Source: Eledone cirrhosa (lineage: Eukaryota). From it: DNA of 64,000 nucleotides. Below are positions 26,401 to 40,245 of the stretch, piece by piece. The translations under genes were made by a program, and so were the position numbers. Position 1 is the first letter of the stretch. Every line of letters starts with the position of its first letter. The stretch is taken from positions 20,460,001 through 20,524,000 of the forward strand of contig OZ024755.1 of assembly GCA_964016885.1 (NCBI GenBank), in the 5' to 3' direction. Below the pieces are notes generated by a model, which made no database searches, was not told the origin of the DNA, and saw only the letters and a list, made by a program, of their open reading frames with translations.

Positions 26401-28273
26401 TTAAAAAGGAGCTAGTTCTCATATTCTGTGGAGCGTTAGATCATATATTTGCTACAATTGTTTAATACTTGATATATTATCGCAAGTAGACTATTAATAC
26501 TAATTTTTAAATAATTACTTCATGATTAACTGACTTACTGCTCTTCAAGCATGGAATGTTAACCAGTTATACAGAAATTACTATTCACAACAATTCAGTC
26601 AAATACTGTGCTTGCATCCCGGTTTTTAATTCCATAAAAATATTACTGGTATTTCACTGTATTTCAATGTATTTTAGAGGGAAAAAACATGTACACTTGA
26701 TTTTGTGAACTACAGCTGTAGGTTTTCAAAAACACAGTTTTCGATATTTATAGAACTTGAATGTATCAAGTATATCAGGTATATGACCTTAATTAGAATT
26801 TAAAGTACAATCACAGCAGAGACATGAGTGTCTAGTTTAAATCTATATTTTTCTTCAACTCCAAAATTAATAATATGTTCAGTCATATAATAGAAATGAC
26901 ATCCGGACGATTAACTATAAAATTCTCAATTGGAAAAAAAAGAAGGTAATATTTGCAAGGGATAAATTTAATATAGCTACAAATTAAAATACGTTGTTTG
27001 ATTTTTTTTCGTTCTTGATATATTTTTCGAAAAGCTTCTTAGCAGTGTTCCGACATATCAGCCAAACATGTACAGGAAATTTAAAGAGAATTTTTTTCTA
27101 TATATTTCTTTTTTACACTTCTCAACACTAATTTATCTTTATCGACATGAAATTATCTTTTATATAACAGAAAATGTTCCGGATAAAATACTTTAATGTT
27201 GATATTTAATGAAAATCAATAAAATGAAATAGCATAAAACTACGCTATATTCCACACATAAAATGAAGTAACATAAAACTGCGTTATATTCCACACATAT
27301 CTCTCTCTCTCTCTCTTTCACACACACACACACTTATCCCACTATCTCCTGTATTTGAACTCTGCGAAGAAATACAAGAATAACTAGATACATGGAATAA
27401 ATGTGTGTATATATATATATATATATTTATGTTTAGATATTAAAATTCACAACTGTGTTATCCAGGTTTCGTGCCGACTGTTGAATATCATTAGATAGAC
27501 TGTTTATTGTCTTCAAATATTTTTATAGATTTCTCATGCCATGTGAACTTTGATAGATGTCACACATTATAGTTGATAATTGTTTCTACTTTAGGCACAA
27601 GGCCAGCAATTATCCAGTGCATTACTGGTACTTTATTTTATCGACCCCGTAAGGATGAAAGGCAAAGTCAACCTCGGCGGGATTTGAACTCAGATCGTAA
27701 AGGGACGTAACTATGCTGGAAAGCATGGCATCCGACCCTCCAGTGTGTGGTTCCGGCACTACTAACTGTTAATGTGTTACAGGCAAGCTGCTGAGACGAC
27801 TACTATATTTGGGTTTATCAAACATTAACGGGGGAGGTCTTTTGTTAAATCACGCCGCCTTTGATGGCCTGCAGATGGTATGGCTCAGTGGTATAATTAA
27901 TTGTTTCTGCTTTTGGCACAAGGCCAGCAAAATACCCAGTGCATTACTGGTACTTTATTTTATCGACCCCGTAAGGATGAAAATCAAAGTTAACCTCGGC
28001 GGGATTTGAACTCAGAATAGCAAGGGCCGTAACTCAATGCGTCAAAGCATGGCGTCCGACCCTCTACCGATACTGCCAATTCACATAATTAATGACGTCT
28101 AAGCAATCAATTCCAAGTTCAATCCAACGAGAAACGGACCCCCGTAACAGCATCGAGAGTTTCAACCGGCATCGCCTCTAGTAACCACAAGTTACTCACA
28201 TAATAGCCTATATATATAGGAAAACAGTCAGGAATCTGACGGCTGAACTCCGGCCGTTTCGACAGTCATATAT

Positions 28274-28452
28274 AACAAAGGAATTGTGGTAAGGAACCAG
28301 ATGGACCATAACGCACCAGAGTACTCAATACTTAGAGTAGTAGAGTGGGTAATAGGAAAAAGTATGACCCCGACGGCAGAGCTCAAGCCGTTTCGACGAA
28401 ATAGCCGTCGAAACGGCTTAAGCTCTGCCGTCGGGGTCATACTTTTTCCTAT
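28274..28452. mobile_element. (TA)n-embedded fold-back element of the GAGCTC family
   Basis: ~125-bp body plus ~46-bp inverted terminal arm; other members at 33826-33965, 34747-34943, 38029-38222, 43159-43323; diverged relative at 28218-28270. Confidence 0.8.
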
Positions 28453-29737
28453 ATATATATATATCAATCTACAGTAACTGCGTACAGATATTTACATTAA
28501 TTCAAGATATTTTACATTAATTGCTTATTTTTATCCTTTCTTAAGCAGAAAGCAAAAATAATTGTTTCCACTTTTGGCACAAGGCCATCAATTACCCAGT
28601 ACATTACTGGTACTTTATTTTATCGACTCCCGTAAGGATGAAAGGCAAAGTTAACCTCGGCGGGATTTGAACTCAGACCGTAAAGGGACGCAACTATGCT
28701 GGAAAGCATGGCGTCCGACCCTCTACCGACACTGCCAATCGTCATATCATATGACACCTTAATAAGTAACAAAAATAATATTATTGTATCTTACCGTGAT
28801 ATATATATAGCTCTTCGTGAGATACTCTTTGCCATCTTATGCACTAAAAAAAGGCAAAGAAATCATGTTTATCCCTTTAATGTTCAAACCGGCCAAAACC
28901 GGCCAGAATTCTATACCTCTTTCTGTTGAAACTGGCTGTAACTGGTCGCTCAAACTGATGTTAAGGTATTGTTCTCGATATTATGTAAGATTATGTGAGG
29001 TAAAGCCTTTACCATGAAAATATAATAGTATATATAAAATAATGTGAATGCTAAAGGGTTATAGAATGATCTGATGAACGAAAATTGAACTAAAACTGAA
29101 GAACATTGTGAGAACAATAGCAAATAGTGTTCGATTAATATCGTCCTAACCTTATATGTATTACATTCATATCAATATTGCATCGAGAATATTGTTATTT
29201 CTTTATAATAGCTTTTGTACTTTGAACGTTTAGGTATTAAGCGATATTCACAGGGATGGTTTTGCGGTCTTTAACTTTGCCTTTCATCCTTATGGGGTCG
29301 ATAAAATAAAGCCCCAGTAACGTACTGGGGTCGATTTAATTGAAGTCAGAACGTAAAAGGCTGCAACTATATGCCGCAAAGCATGTTGTCTGACTCTCAA
29401 AGAAAAATTGATACTATTTTAAATTAATCTACCCTCCAGTTTTTATCCATATACTACTTACAGACCGTACTAATGAAACAACACTTCAGAAGCAATGTTA
29501 TGCGGTATATTGCTGTATTTCAGGTGACGTCCTTTGGAGCTGAAAAAGATCATACTGTCTATAGTTATTTCACAAGGCCAATGCTACTATTTAATCGGCA
29601 GTTTACTCCCCCAGCCTAATAAGGAAGTTTTATGATTGTTTTGTTCTTTTTATGTTTCTCTCCCACACACTCTCACACACATTACGGTCTCACCTCATAC
29701 GAGACAACACATCCAATACAGTCTTCTCTTAACTGTT

Positions 29738-29768
29738 CTCCCGGTCGAAGCCGTGTACCTCAGCTAGT
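29738..29768 (+). mobile_element. Helitron-like 3' terminus
   Basis: CCCGGTCGAAGCCGTG hairpin followed by TACCTCAG-CTAG-T. Confidence 0.45.
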
Positions 29769-30727
29769 AAATAATATGAATTTACTTGGATTCTTTTGAT
29801 TTTTACTTTAGTAGTATCTAAAAGTATCGCTTCAAAATTATTTTAATAACTTGAGAAACAACATTCTAAATAGTATTATCTATTAAACATTTATCGGTGG
29901 TATTCTGCTTGTGTTGTCATAACAAATCCCCAACAGACAATGTGTGTAAACTTAAAATGTCGCCTCTTAATTATCGAGCATCGTATATGTAATATATAGT
30001 ATGCGGAGTGTAAGATGTTTAAAGCTTATGATAAATAATGGTGTTTTGATGTCAGTTTGAAAATAGAAAAAGATGGTATCGTTACTCGCATTCTCGTTTA
30101 TATTGTACTTTGTTTGATCTCCGAAATTTATTTAACAACTATTTGATTTCAAATTGAATTAAGCTATATCTTAGAACATTCTTTACGAAATAGCTAAAAC
30201 ATCATTTTTGTGGAGTATGTATGGTTTAAAACGTGTTGTAAATCATCCTTGGGTAGGTAGATTTATGATTAAAAGCATACAAGCCATGATCATCCATTTT
30301 CTGTGGGGGTGCATATCAAATACTACATTATCCAATGCGTACACTTTTAAGATGCTGAAGGGCAGTCTTGAGGGTGAAATTACTGCTACATCTAGCTGGC
30401 TGATCGACTACGGAGAGGCTTCCTTTCTGACTCGTTCTTTCGTAGTATTACATAATAACGTTGTTTATCGACCCTTTTTGTTTGGAAGCTTATCTACTTA
30501 TATAAATTATCAGTAATATAATTGTTTTTACTTTTGGCACAAGGCCAGCAATTACCCAGTGCATTACTGGTAATATAATTGTTTCTATTTTAGGCACAAG
30601 GCCAGCAGATACCCAGTACATTACTGGTACTTTATTTTATCGACCCCGTAAGGATGAAAGGCAAAGTTAACCTCGGCCGGATAATATAATAAAAGCCCAT
30701 GTGTATTTGTCCGTCACACACTAGCGA

Positions 30728-30896
30728 TGACTGAAGAAGGAAGGGGTGATGACGTCGACTGGGGAAGGAAGGGGTGATGACGTTAACTGAAGAAGGAATG
30801 GGTGATGACGTCATCACCCCTTTCTTCGCCAGTCGATGTCAACTGAAGAAGGATGGGGGGAGATGACGTCGACTGAGGAAGGAAGGGGTGATGACA
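30728..30896. repeat. ~28-bp GC-richer repeat GACTGAAGAAGGAAGGGGTGATGACGTC with one inverted unit
   Basis: About 5 direct units and one inverted unit at ~30808-30838. Confidence 0.8.
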
Positions 30897-31184
30897 AACT
30901 ACAGAAAGCAGCGTTTAACATTCGCTACAACTGTGTATGTACATGTATAGCGATTTGGCTACACACATTGGCTGTTATGGTTATGTAAGTGTTTGTGTGA
31001 GTGTATATATGTGTTTGGGTAAATTATATTTATATATATTTGTGTGAATGTATATGTGTTTGTGTGTGTTTATTTAGAAAGATACATAGACAATAGAATT
31101 ACAAACACACACGTGTCTACACACACACATATATATATATATACAATATATTAACAAATGGAAACTATATTTATAAAACCATAT

Positions 31185-31250
31185 TTATTTCATTATACAT
31201 ATTTCAAGGACACCAAAGCAAATTATGGTGCGCTTTCATCAGATAAAATA
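31185..31250 (-). ncRNA. Type I hammerhead ribozyme (mirror copy)
   Basis: TCATCAG at 31236-31242 and TTTC at 31202-31205; reverse complement of 31383-31447. Confidence 0.75.
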
Positions 31251-31382
31251 TAATATAGATCAGTTTTATAAACAAATATTGACATACCCTTAAAGAATGC
31301 GACCATGTCGGTTGGAAGCTCCCGGCATGGTCGCATTCATTAAGAGTATGTCAATATTTGTTTATAAAACTGATCTATATTA

Positions 31383-31447
31383 TATTTTATCTGATGAAAG
31401 CGCACCATAATTTGATTTGGTGTCCTTGAAATATGTATAATGAAATA
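31383..31447 (+). ncRNA. Type I hammerhead ribozyme, canonical core nucleotides
   Basis: Stem I TATTTTAT/ATGAAATA; CTGATGA 31391-31397; stem II AAG-C-GCACCA/TGGTGT-C-CTT; GAAA 31428-31431; AUA cleavage at 31439; compensatory changes relative to the 6419 copy. Confidence 0.8.
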
Positions 31448-33054
31448 AATATGGTTTTATAAATATAGTTTCCATTTGTTAATATATTGTATTTTTGCTC
31501 CAATAATTTGTTGAGTGCTTTATATCAGTTATAAATATATTTGCTTGCTGTATCCCAACAAATTAAATATAACTTCTACATATATATATATAAACAGACG
31601 CACTTATAAAAATAATTGTTACATACACACATATCTATGTGATGGCCGAGGAAGGAAGGTAGAGAGAGAAACTGTAGAAGTCCAGCGTTCTAACATTCGT
31701 TACAACTGTGTGTTTTTTATGTTTGTATCACTTGTGTGAGTGAGCACGAAGGAACCAACCAAACAAACATCTCTTTTTTATATTATGTATAGATATTACA
31801 ATTAGCCGTCATTTTTAACGGCTATCCAGACATAGAAGCAATTTCTGATGTGATTCAAAACCAAAACTCTCATTTAGTAAGGAAAAAAGTTAGCTAAATT
31901 CATCTTATTTTGTATGCATGTTTGTTTAAAATTATGCGGCACCTATAATCTCATTCTTTCTGTGTATGTGTTGTGTTCTTTTTTATTGTAACTAAAAATG
32001 ACAGTTCAGATTGAAAAGGTTCCCAATTCCTGCTATAGGGTTTATAATATAACACACTATTTATAATCTCGTAAAAGAGATTTGTTGTTCATTGTTTTAT
32101 CGATAAGTTAACATCCATTTCCACGCCTTTATTATCGATATTATCATTAAACCATTAGCAATAAGATATTATCCATTCCCATTTTTATAAACAACGAATT
32201 TAACAGATAATGAAATATACCAAGTGATAGCTTATTATTATTTACGTTTCTTTACGGTCTGAGTTCAAATCCCGTCGAGGTTAACTTTGCCTTTCATCCT
32301 TACGGGGTCGATAAAATAAAGTACCAGTAATGTACTGGCTCGCCTTGTGCCAAAAGTAGAAACAATTATTATTATTTTCGTCGCTCTCACAAAATTTGTT
32401 AATGACGTTTGATCTGTTAGATTTGTTGATGAGATACGTTACCAAACTCGTTAAATAAACTATTATCATTCGATAACAGAAACAAACTTTTGCCGGTATC
32501 CAAAACAAAACAAACAAAAATAAAATGTCGCTAGTGCAAATATATATAACGTTTATTGCCATTAAATTGCGTGCTTTTAAAACACTACGTCATTCAAACT
32601 CATTCTGAAAATGAAATATATTCATTCACTCGTTTGATATTTATCATGTGTAATATTCGTTTGACTTTTCCAGTACTTGTATTTCTCAAGTTACTACATA
32701 TGTTTATTTGTCTTTTAAAGTTTAACACTTTAAGAAAGTATATCTTTTCTCATATATTAGGTTTATGTGGAACAGACATACGTAATATGGACATGGTTAT
32801 AACATGGTGCTATAAGTTTGGATTATATCATCTAATCTTTATAACACAGCTGCTTAAATATATATTTTTCAGTAGTCTTAAATATTTGTAACTAGACATT
32901 TTTATGATTCTTATAATACATTAGAATATAAATATTACATATCTGTTGCAATTATTTACACAAGGCGGTAAGTAAAGAAACTGCAAGATTATATAAGATA
33001 AATGCATTTAGCATTCATTCAAACATGCATGGTATGACTACGTTTCTAGCTACG

Positions 33055-33088
<34 letters not shown>

Positions 33089-33408
33089 GTAATAATAATA
33101 AATTTGAAGACTAAAATCCAAAGAGGGTTCGATAAGGATAAATATATATAAGGGTGAAAGCAGCGATTCTTTGCTTAAACTTTAATCTGTTATTTTAATA
33201 AATATATATATATGTGTGTGTGTATGTGCGCGCGTATAAAATACAATATGTTGAAAGGGTAACACACTAGAGAGAGATCGTGTGCCATCAATAAAACAGG
33301 GAAAACCACCAGTGTATGGAATCTGTAACCTATGGAAGGCAGGGTAGACACACAATAATTAAAAATATAAATTAAAATACATATACGCACCTCTATAACT
33401 ATATAACA

Positions 33409-33489
33409 CACGCGTACAAATCCAAAGAGATCTGTTTCGCCAGGAAATTGTTGACTGAAATGGATTCGCCTATGGTTCATCAGCGCGTG
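33409..33489 (-). ncRNA. Type I hammerhead ribozyme with long stem II
   Basis: Minus strand reads CACGCG-CTGATGA-A-CCA..TGG-C-GAA-ACAGATCT-CTTT-GGATTTGT-A^-CGCGTG. Perfect 6-bp stem I, 8-bp stem III, GUA triplet; A-C mismatch at 10.1-11.1. Confidence 0.75.
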
Positions 33490-33671
33490 CAAGACAATAC
33501 ATTCCAGACAACTCTAAGACAACCGTCCAGCAACACGCGGCAGAGAGATGTGACAGCGTGTGTAGGACAGTGAACCAGTGGCAACCCAAAAACCACTCAA
33601 AGAAATGTGCTCAACCAAACAGAGAGAAAGGAAAGACTGTTATAAGGAGCGAAATATCACGATAAATTAAC

Positions 33672-33733
33672 GGAGCCATAGACTCTCGTTATTCCCTGTA
33701 AATTTACAGGGAATAACGAGAGTCTATCGCTCC
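33672..33733. repeat. 62-bp spacerless palindrome
   Basis: GGAGCCATAGACTCTCGTTATTCCCTGTAAA|TTTACAGGGAATAACGAGAGTCTATCGCTCC, one mismatch. Confidence 0.95.
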
Positions 33734-34710
33734 ATAATATTACATCGAGATTGACCATACGGAATGACCAATTCTATCCATTGGTGAACCAACAAACCTA
33801 AATATATATATATATATATATATATAACGAAGGAAGTGTGGTAAGCAACCAGATGGGCCATAACGCACCAGAATACTCAATACTTAGGGAAGTAGAGTGG
33901 ATAATAGGAAAATGTTCAAGACCCCGACGGCAGAGCTCAAGCCGTTTCGACGGCTATTTCTGGACTAAATTAGAATGTTTAGCGTGGTAATAAATAGCCG
34001 AAATTTTCAAGGGGTAATTCTTTATATGGGAAGATCGTAGTTGTCAAAAGGATTGGTCAAAATTTCTTGTAAACACAATTAAATCTTTCATGGCAGTAGG
34101 TGGTGGTGGTGGTTGAACTTGCCTGTAGAACAATGTGGGGTGGGTGGAGCCGGTCAAGCATTGAAAGTGAATTCTATACACCAAATTCTAAGGAGTGTGT
34201 AAGAAACTAGGCTAGCTAGAAAGCAGACGTAAAAAGAAGTCTGGAGGAATCTGAGAGTGGCAAGTTATAAAATTAAAAGGTTAATAAATTGAGATTAAAA
34301 AATTAAAAAATAATAAATAAAAATAATATTAAACAATTAAATAATAAAAGAATAAAAAGTAAGAAATAATTTTTTAAAAAATAATTTTTTAAAAAACGAG
34401 TCTAAAGCAGCTGCTATATTTTTAGCTGGTATTGCTATATAGAATTTACTGGGTGGGGTTACTGAGGCTACAAAAGCCCGATGGGCTGCCTCAGGGTAAG
34501 CGAAACAGAAAAAAAGGAAAAAGAAGAGGAGAGGGAGTGGAAGGAAGCGAGAAGAAGAGATAAAGGCAAAAAAAAAAAAGAAGTACATCTACTGGGGTTT
34601 CCCCTATCTTGTTCAGCAAGTGGGAAGGATGTTGCAGCCATTGTCTACCCACCCGGGTCATGAGGGGGTTTGAGGGCGAGGTAAGTCCTACGCAATCTGT
34701 GTTTACATGC

Positions 34711-34749
<39 letters not shown>

Positions 34750-34938
34750 CAAAGGAATTGTGGTAAGGAACCAGATGGACCATAACGCACCAGAGTACTC
34801 AATACTTGGGCTAGTAGAGTGGGAAATAGGAAAAAGTATGACCCCGACGGCAGAGCTCAAGCCGTTTCGACGGCTATTTCTGGACTCACAAATAGTCGTC
34901 GAAACGGCTTGAGCTCTGCCGTCGGGGTCATACTTTTT

Positions 34939-34973
<35 letters not shown>

Positions 34974-36389
34974 TTAACGTAAAACTAATTTCCTACTATA
35001 ACAAGCTTAAAACTAATACATTTCTTCATTGAACTGTTATTTATGTTTATGTTTTGCATATATATATATATATATATATACATACATATATATATACATA
35101 TATATACATACATACTTTTCTTTCTCTCGCTCTCTCCGAACTCTCCATACTACTTTCCGTGTGTATTTATCTGTGTATACGCGAGAGTATTTATGTGTAT
35201 ATACGTGTGTGTATTCGTGTGTGTATTTATGTGTGCATACGTGCGAGAGTATTTATGTGTATATACGTGTGTGTATTAGTGTGTGTATTCATGTGTGCAC
35301 ACGTGCGAGTGGCTTTGTTTGCGTAGATGAAATATTCTTGTTGTTTTCTACAACACCTATACTCCCTCGAAGACTAACGTTTAAGTAGATACTTGTAGCA
35401 AATGGATATTTGAAACATTACTGTAAACTTTTACTGAAGGGAAACATAATTATGACAACAGCTGTTTCAGACGTATTTTTGTTAGAATATTCGATTATGT
35501 AAAAGTTTAATACAAAACTTTAACCATAGATTCATTATAGTAACAGCTACTGCAGCTTACACGTTGGCTTATGATCTTTACATAAATTATTATGACAAGG
35601 TTTCTGAAGGACGCGTTTTGTGATGTGAGACAAGTTTACAGAGGTTATTTATTTTCAAAAAGGGCGGTGGATTGGCAGTATCGGTAGAGGGTCGGACGCC
35701 GTGCTTTCCAGCATAGTTACGTCCCTTTACGATCTGAGTTCAAATCCCGCCGAGGTTGACTTTGCCTTTCATCCTTACGGGGTCGATAAAATCAAGTCCC
35801 AGTAATGCACTGGGTATTTACTGGCCTTGTGCCTAAAGTACAAACAGTTATTTATTTTCAATGTTCACTTATTAAGGCGTGAGATTTGTTTACTGCCTCT
35901 TGAAAGATTCCTATGATGACGTCATATCAATGTTTTCCGAATTTAAGATTGTTTATACAAATATATTTTAATTTGAACTAAACTTACTTGAAAATCTTTT
36001 TCAATTAAATACAAGTCATCTTCTTAAATTAAACAATATTTTCGTCAAGTTCTAGTCGATGTGACTTAATATAATCAATATTAATATAATTGAAAAGTCT
36101 TTTAGTTAAAAATTAAACAAATAAATAAAGAAGTTTTAAAGATATATTCTATTTTTCTTTATATTTCAGTAAGGTTGTCCAACTGCTAGAGACATAGATT
36201 GAAAGCGTATTTCCTCAGTTAAACATGCTATCACGTTTTCATTCCAATAATAACATAGCGAAATATTAATGGACACTAAATAGGTTTGGCAAATAACATA
36301 CACTATCGATTACATATCCTAGTTATACATAAAACAGTCATTTCACCAATACAATGCATATATATATATATATATATATGAAATATATA

Positions 36390-36576
36390 TACATATATAT
36401 ACAAATAACTATGTATGCGTACACAATTGTGTGTATGTATATATATATATATGAAATATATATACATATATATACAAATAACTATGTATGCGTACACAAT
36501 TGTGTGTATGTATATATATACATATATATACAAATAACTATGTATGCATACACAATTGTGTGAATGTATATATATT

Positions 36577-36610
<34 letters not shown>

Positions 36611-36723
36611 CATATGAAATATATATATATATATATACAAATAACTATGTATGCATACACAATTGCGTGAATGTATATATATTTATATATATTTATATAT
36701 ATATATATATATATATACATATG

Positions 36724-36760
<37 letters not shown>

Positions 36761-36830
36761 AATATCTATGTATGCATACACAATTGTGTGTGTATACACA
36801 CACAATTGTGTATGCAAACATAGATATTTG

Positions 36831-36832
<2 letters not shown>
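36390..36832. repeat. (TA)n-interspersed repeat TACAAATAACTATGTATGCRTACACAATTG, last unit inverted
   Basis: Five direct units, then a palindrome centred on GTATAC at 36792-36797. Confidence 0.85.
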
Positions 36833-36862
<30 letters not shown>

Positions 36863-36985
36863 CATAGATATATAGATATATACAAAGATATACATATATA
36901 TATATATATGTATATACGTAGATATATATATATATCTAAGTGTATATATCTATGTATATATATATATATATATACATAGATATAC

Positions 36986-37018
<33 letters not shown>

Positions 37019-37053
37019 TGTATATATCTATGTATATATATATATATACATAG

Positions 37054-37119
<66 letters not shown>

Positions 37120-37320
37120 AATATATATATAGATAGATATATATATATATAATAATATATATACATAGATATACATATATATATATATATGTAGATAAAT
37201 CTACCAAAATGTACGGTAGTGTCCAATCCGTATGAAGAACTCAATGTAATCCAATTTTTTAATATAAGAATTTTTTAATATAAGGAACTGTTTCTTTGTT
37301 TTTATTCATTATTTTTATTA

Positions 37321-37367
<47 letters not shown>

Positions 37368-37998
37368 TATATAATAATATATATACATAGATATATATAT
37401 ATACATATATACATACATACAATTACACCTTTTCTACTACAGATATACATATTCTATCGTAGTTGTTCTGTATAAGAAAATAGTTTTAAAATAATATTAG
37501 AATACATTAAAGCCTGATGCAGAATAAATTTCGAAATGCGTTTGTGGAGAGCATCAGAACCTTTAGATATGCTCGATCTTAACCCTTTAGCATTTAAACC
37601 GGACATATCCGGCCAAAGCTTTCTCACCCCTTTCTCTTCAAACTGGCTGTAACTGGCCACGCATACTGATGTTAAGGTCATTTTCTCAAAATAAATGATA
37701 TCAAAATCTCATAGATTTGATATTATGTGAAGTAAAGTCTTTACCACAAAAATACAATAATATATATAGAGTAATGTAAATGCTAAAGTGTTAATTAAAA
37801 TTGTATCACTACCATTAAGGTCGTTAGAATGTCGGAGAGATGGTTTCTGGTATTTGTTCCGACTCTTTGCTCTCTGAGTTTAAATCCCACTGAGGCCAGC
37901 CTTGCCTTTCAATCCTTTCGAATTATTGAAAAATAAGCCTCATTTGGTCATTCCATGAGTGTATCTTGGTCAGCTTATGAACCTTTCTGCCAACCGTC

Positions 37999-38029
<31 letters not shown>

Positions 38030-38246
38030 GGAACCAGTAAGACCCCGACAGCTGAGCTCAAGCCGTTTCGACGGCTAATTCTGGACTGAATTAGCCGTCG
38101 AAACGGCTTGAGCTCAGCTGTCGGGGTCTTACTGGTTCCTATTACCCACTCTACTACCACAAGTATTGAGTACTTTGGTGCGTTATGGTCCACTTGGTTC
38201 CTTACCACATTTCCTTCGTTATATATATATATATATACACATATAT

Positions 38247-38346
38247 AGGCTACTCTGTCTAGCTCTATTCCCCGATACCGACATGAACTTAAACATCGAG
38301 TGTTCACCTTGGTGAACCTACAGTAACTCTGCATTACACTCCCTGG
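38247..38346. mobile_element. Short (TA)n-embedded repeat family
   Basis: Reverse complement resembles 42793-42890; both flanked by (TA)n. Confidence 0.6.
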
Positions 38347-38347
38347 G

Positions 38348-38385
<38 letters not shown>

Positions 38386-38568
38386 AAAGTGAGTCCTTCA
38401 TCAGTGACCCTCCAACCGTCCCAGGCATTTCATCGCTTTAAGGGCCATATGCCTCAGGTTGGTGCGAACAACGGCTAAAAAAAAGTCGTTGGGACACGTA
38501 AATAAAGGGGACGTTAGGGTAACAAACAAAATGGTTTAAGCAACGGAAAGTGAGAATATATATGTATA

Positions 38569-38610
<42 letters not shown>

Positions 38611-38613
<3 letters not shown>

Positions 38614-38816
38614 GAGGGTATGCTCAAAAGTCCATAGGCTGACTACGAAGGTGTGATGCTAGAGGTGTGAAATCTTACATGCATTAATTTCAACTCTTCT
38701 TATTAACTAATAACTGTATTCTTTCTGACCAGGAACTATGTTAAAAAGTAAACCTCATTTGGTCATACCATGAGAGTATCTTGGTCAGCCTATGAACTAT
38801 TTAACTGACCCTCGTA
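38611..38816. mobile_element. Mariner-derived MITE
   Basis: TIRs CGAGGG..AAAAGTCCATAGGCTGAC / GTCAGCCTATGAAC..CCCTCG-TA; partial copies at 37935-38001 and ~47845-48089. Confidence 0.75.
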
Positions 38817-39596
38817 TGTAATATTTAATTAGGGCGGTGGATTGGCAGTATCGGTAGAGGGTCAGACGCCTTGCTTTGCAGCATAGAGTTACGGCCCTTT
38901 ATGATCTGAGTTCAAATCTCGCCGAGGTTAACTTTGCCTCTCATCCATACGGGGTCAATAAAATAAAGCACCAGTAATTCACTGGGATAATTGCTGGCCT
39001 TGTGCAAAAAGTAGAAACAATACTTAATTATAGATAGAATAAACAAATAGTTCAGCAAAGGTGATGTTTTATCATTCTACATCACAATTTTCCCTGCAAT
39101 CAACAATTGATAAAGTCAGCAATTATATTGTCAATAAAAAAAAAACTTCATCTTGATACCAAACTACGTTATTATTCCATTAATATTTTCATTTTCCATT
39201 TCTTTCAAAACAAAATATTCACTTTTAAGAAAACAAAAATCTATGGGAAAACATGGATACTATTAAGTTAAATGCCAAGATATTAGGGTATTTCTAACGG
39301 ATAGGAATGACTTCAGAAACGACGAGCATATATACGAGTGGATGTCAGATACAGATTATTCCAAAGATATCTTGTGAAAGCATTATTTCGTAGTATTCAA
39401 AATGATTAGTTTATAGATATCAAATCGTAGATATATTGTGGTTGATAAAACAACACGGTTATAATATATTTAAGTGATTCGGTTATCTTTATTTCATTCA
39501 TAGTTAATGGCATAATAATTGATGGTTTGTAACTCAAAACAGTTCTATCTTTCAATCAAGCAAGACACTCTCAATCATTGGTGCGTGTGCGCGTGC

Positions 39597-39678
<82 letters not shown>

Positions 39679-39739
39679 TATATATAGTGAAATAAGATAA
39701 CAAGGCCGATTGGTTACTCCTTCATTACGTTTATTGGTT

Positions 39740-39826
39740 GGTGGCGCGCGTTTCGCCACTGATCAGCTCAAGTTTCAATCTGCATCGATCTGACCTGACT
39801 CTGTAATCCGCGGCTCGTCAGACCCC
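39740..39826 (-). ncRNA. Hammerhead motif with palindromic stem III and ~55-nt loop II (cleavage triplet mutated)
   Basis: Minus strand reads GGT-CTGACGA-GCCG..TGGC-GAAA-CGCGC-GCC-ACC; the homologue at 42989-43073 has GAAACGCGCGTC^ACC. Confidence 0.55.
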
Positions 39827-40156
39827 TTGTCATGTTAATGGAAGAATGAATACATGCTGTATGATAAAGTCAGAAGTTCCAATGATGGTCAGTAAAGTTT
39901 GTTTTGATTGGTGGATTAGCTCATAGGAATGTTTTTGCCTGAAGTGTATGTAGGGGTGGGTGGGTATGTGTGGTGAAAAGTTGGTGGTGTCGTTCGCAGG
40001 TTGAAGTGGGGGGTGGTGTAGCGGTGCTGACTGTCGGTAGACAGTTTGGCATGTAGATGTGGCTGTTTTTTGTGATGTGGTGTTGTTGTTTGTGAGAAAG
40101 ATGAAAGGTTGCGGTGTTTATGATGGTGTGATGATTGTGTTCGTGATTTCATTTCC

Positions 40157-40189
<33 letters not shown>

Positions 40190-40196
40190 TATACAT

Positions 40197-40245
<49 letters not shown>

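Larger units (their letters stand above)
31141..31580. mobile_element. (TA)n-flanked fold-back element, ~171-bp arms, two divergent hammerheads
   Basis: 31141-31311 versus 31322-31492 near-perfect palindrome with a 10-nt loop. Confidence 0.85.
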
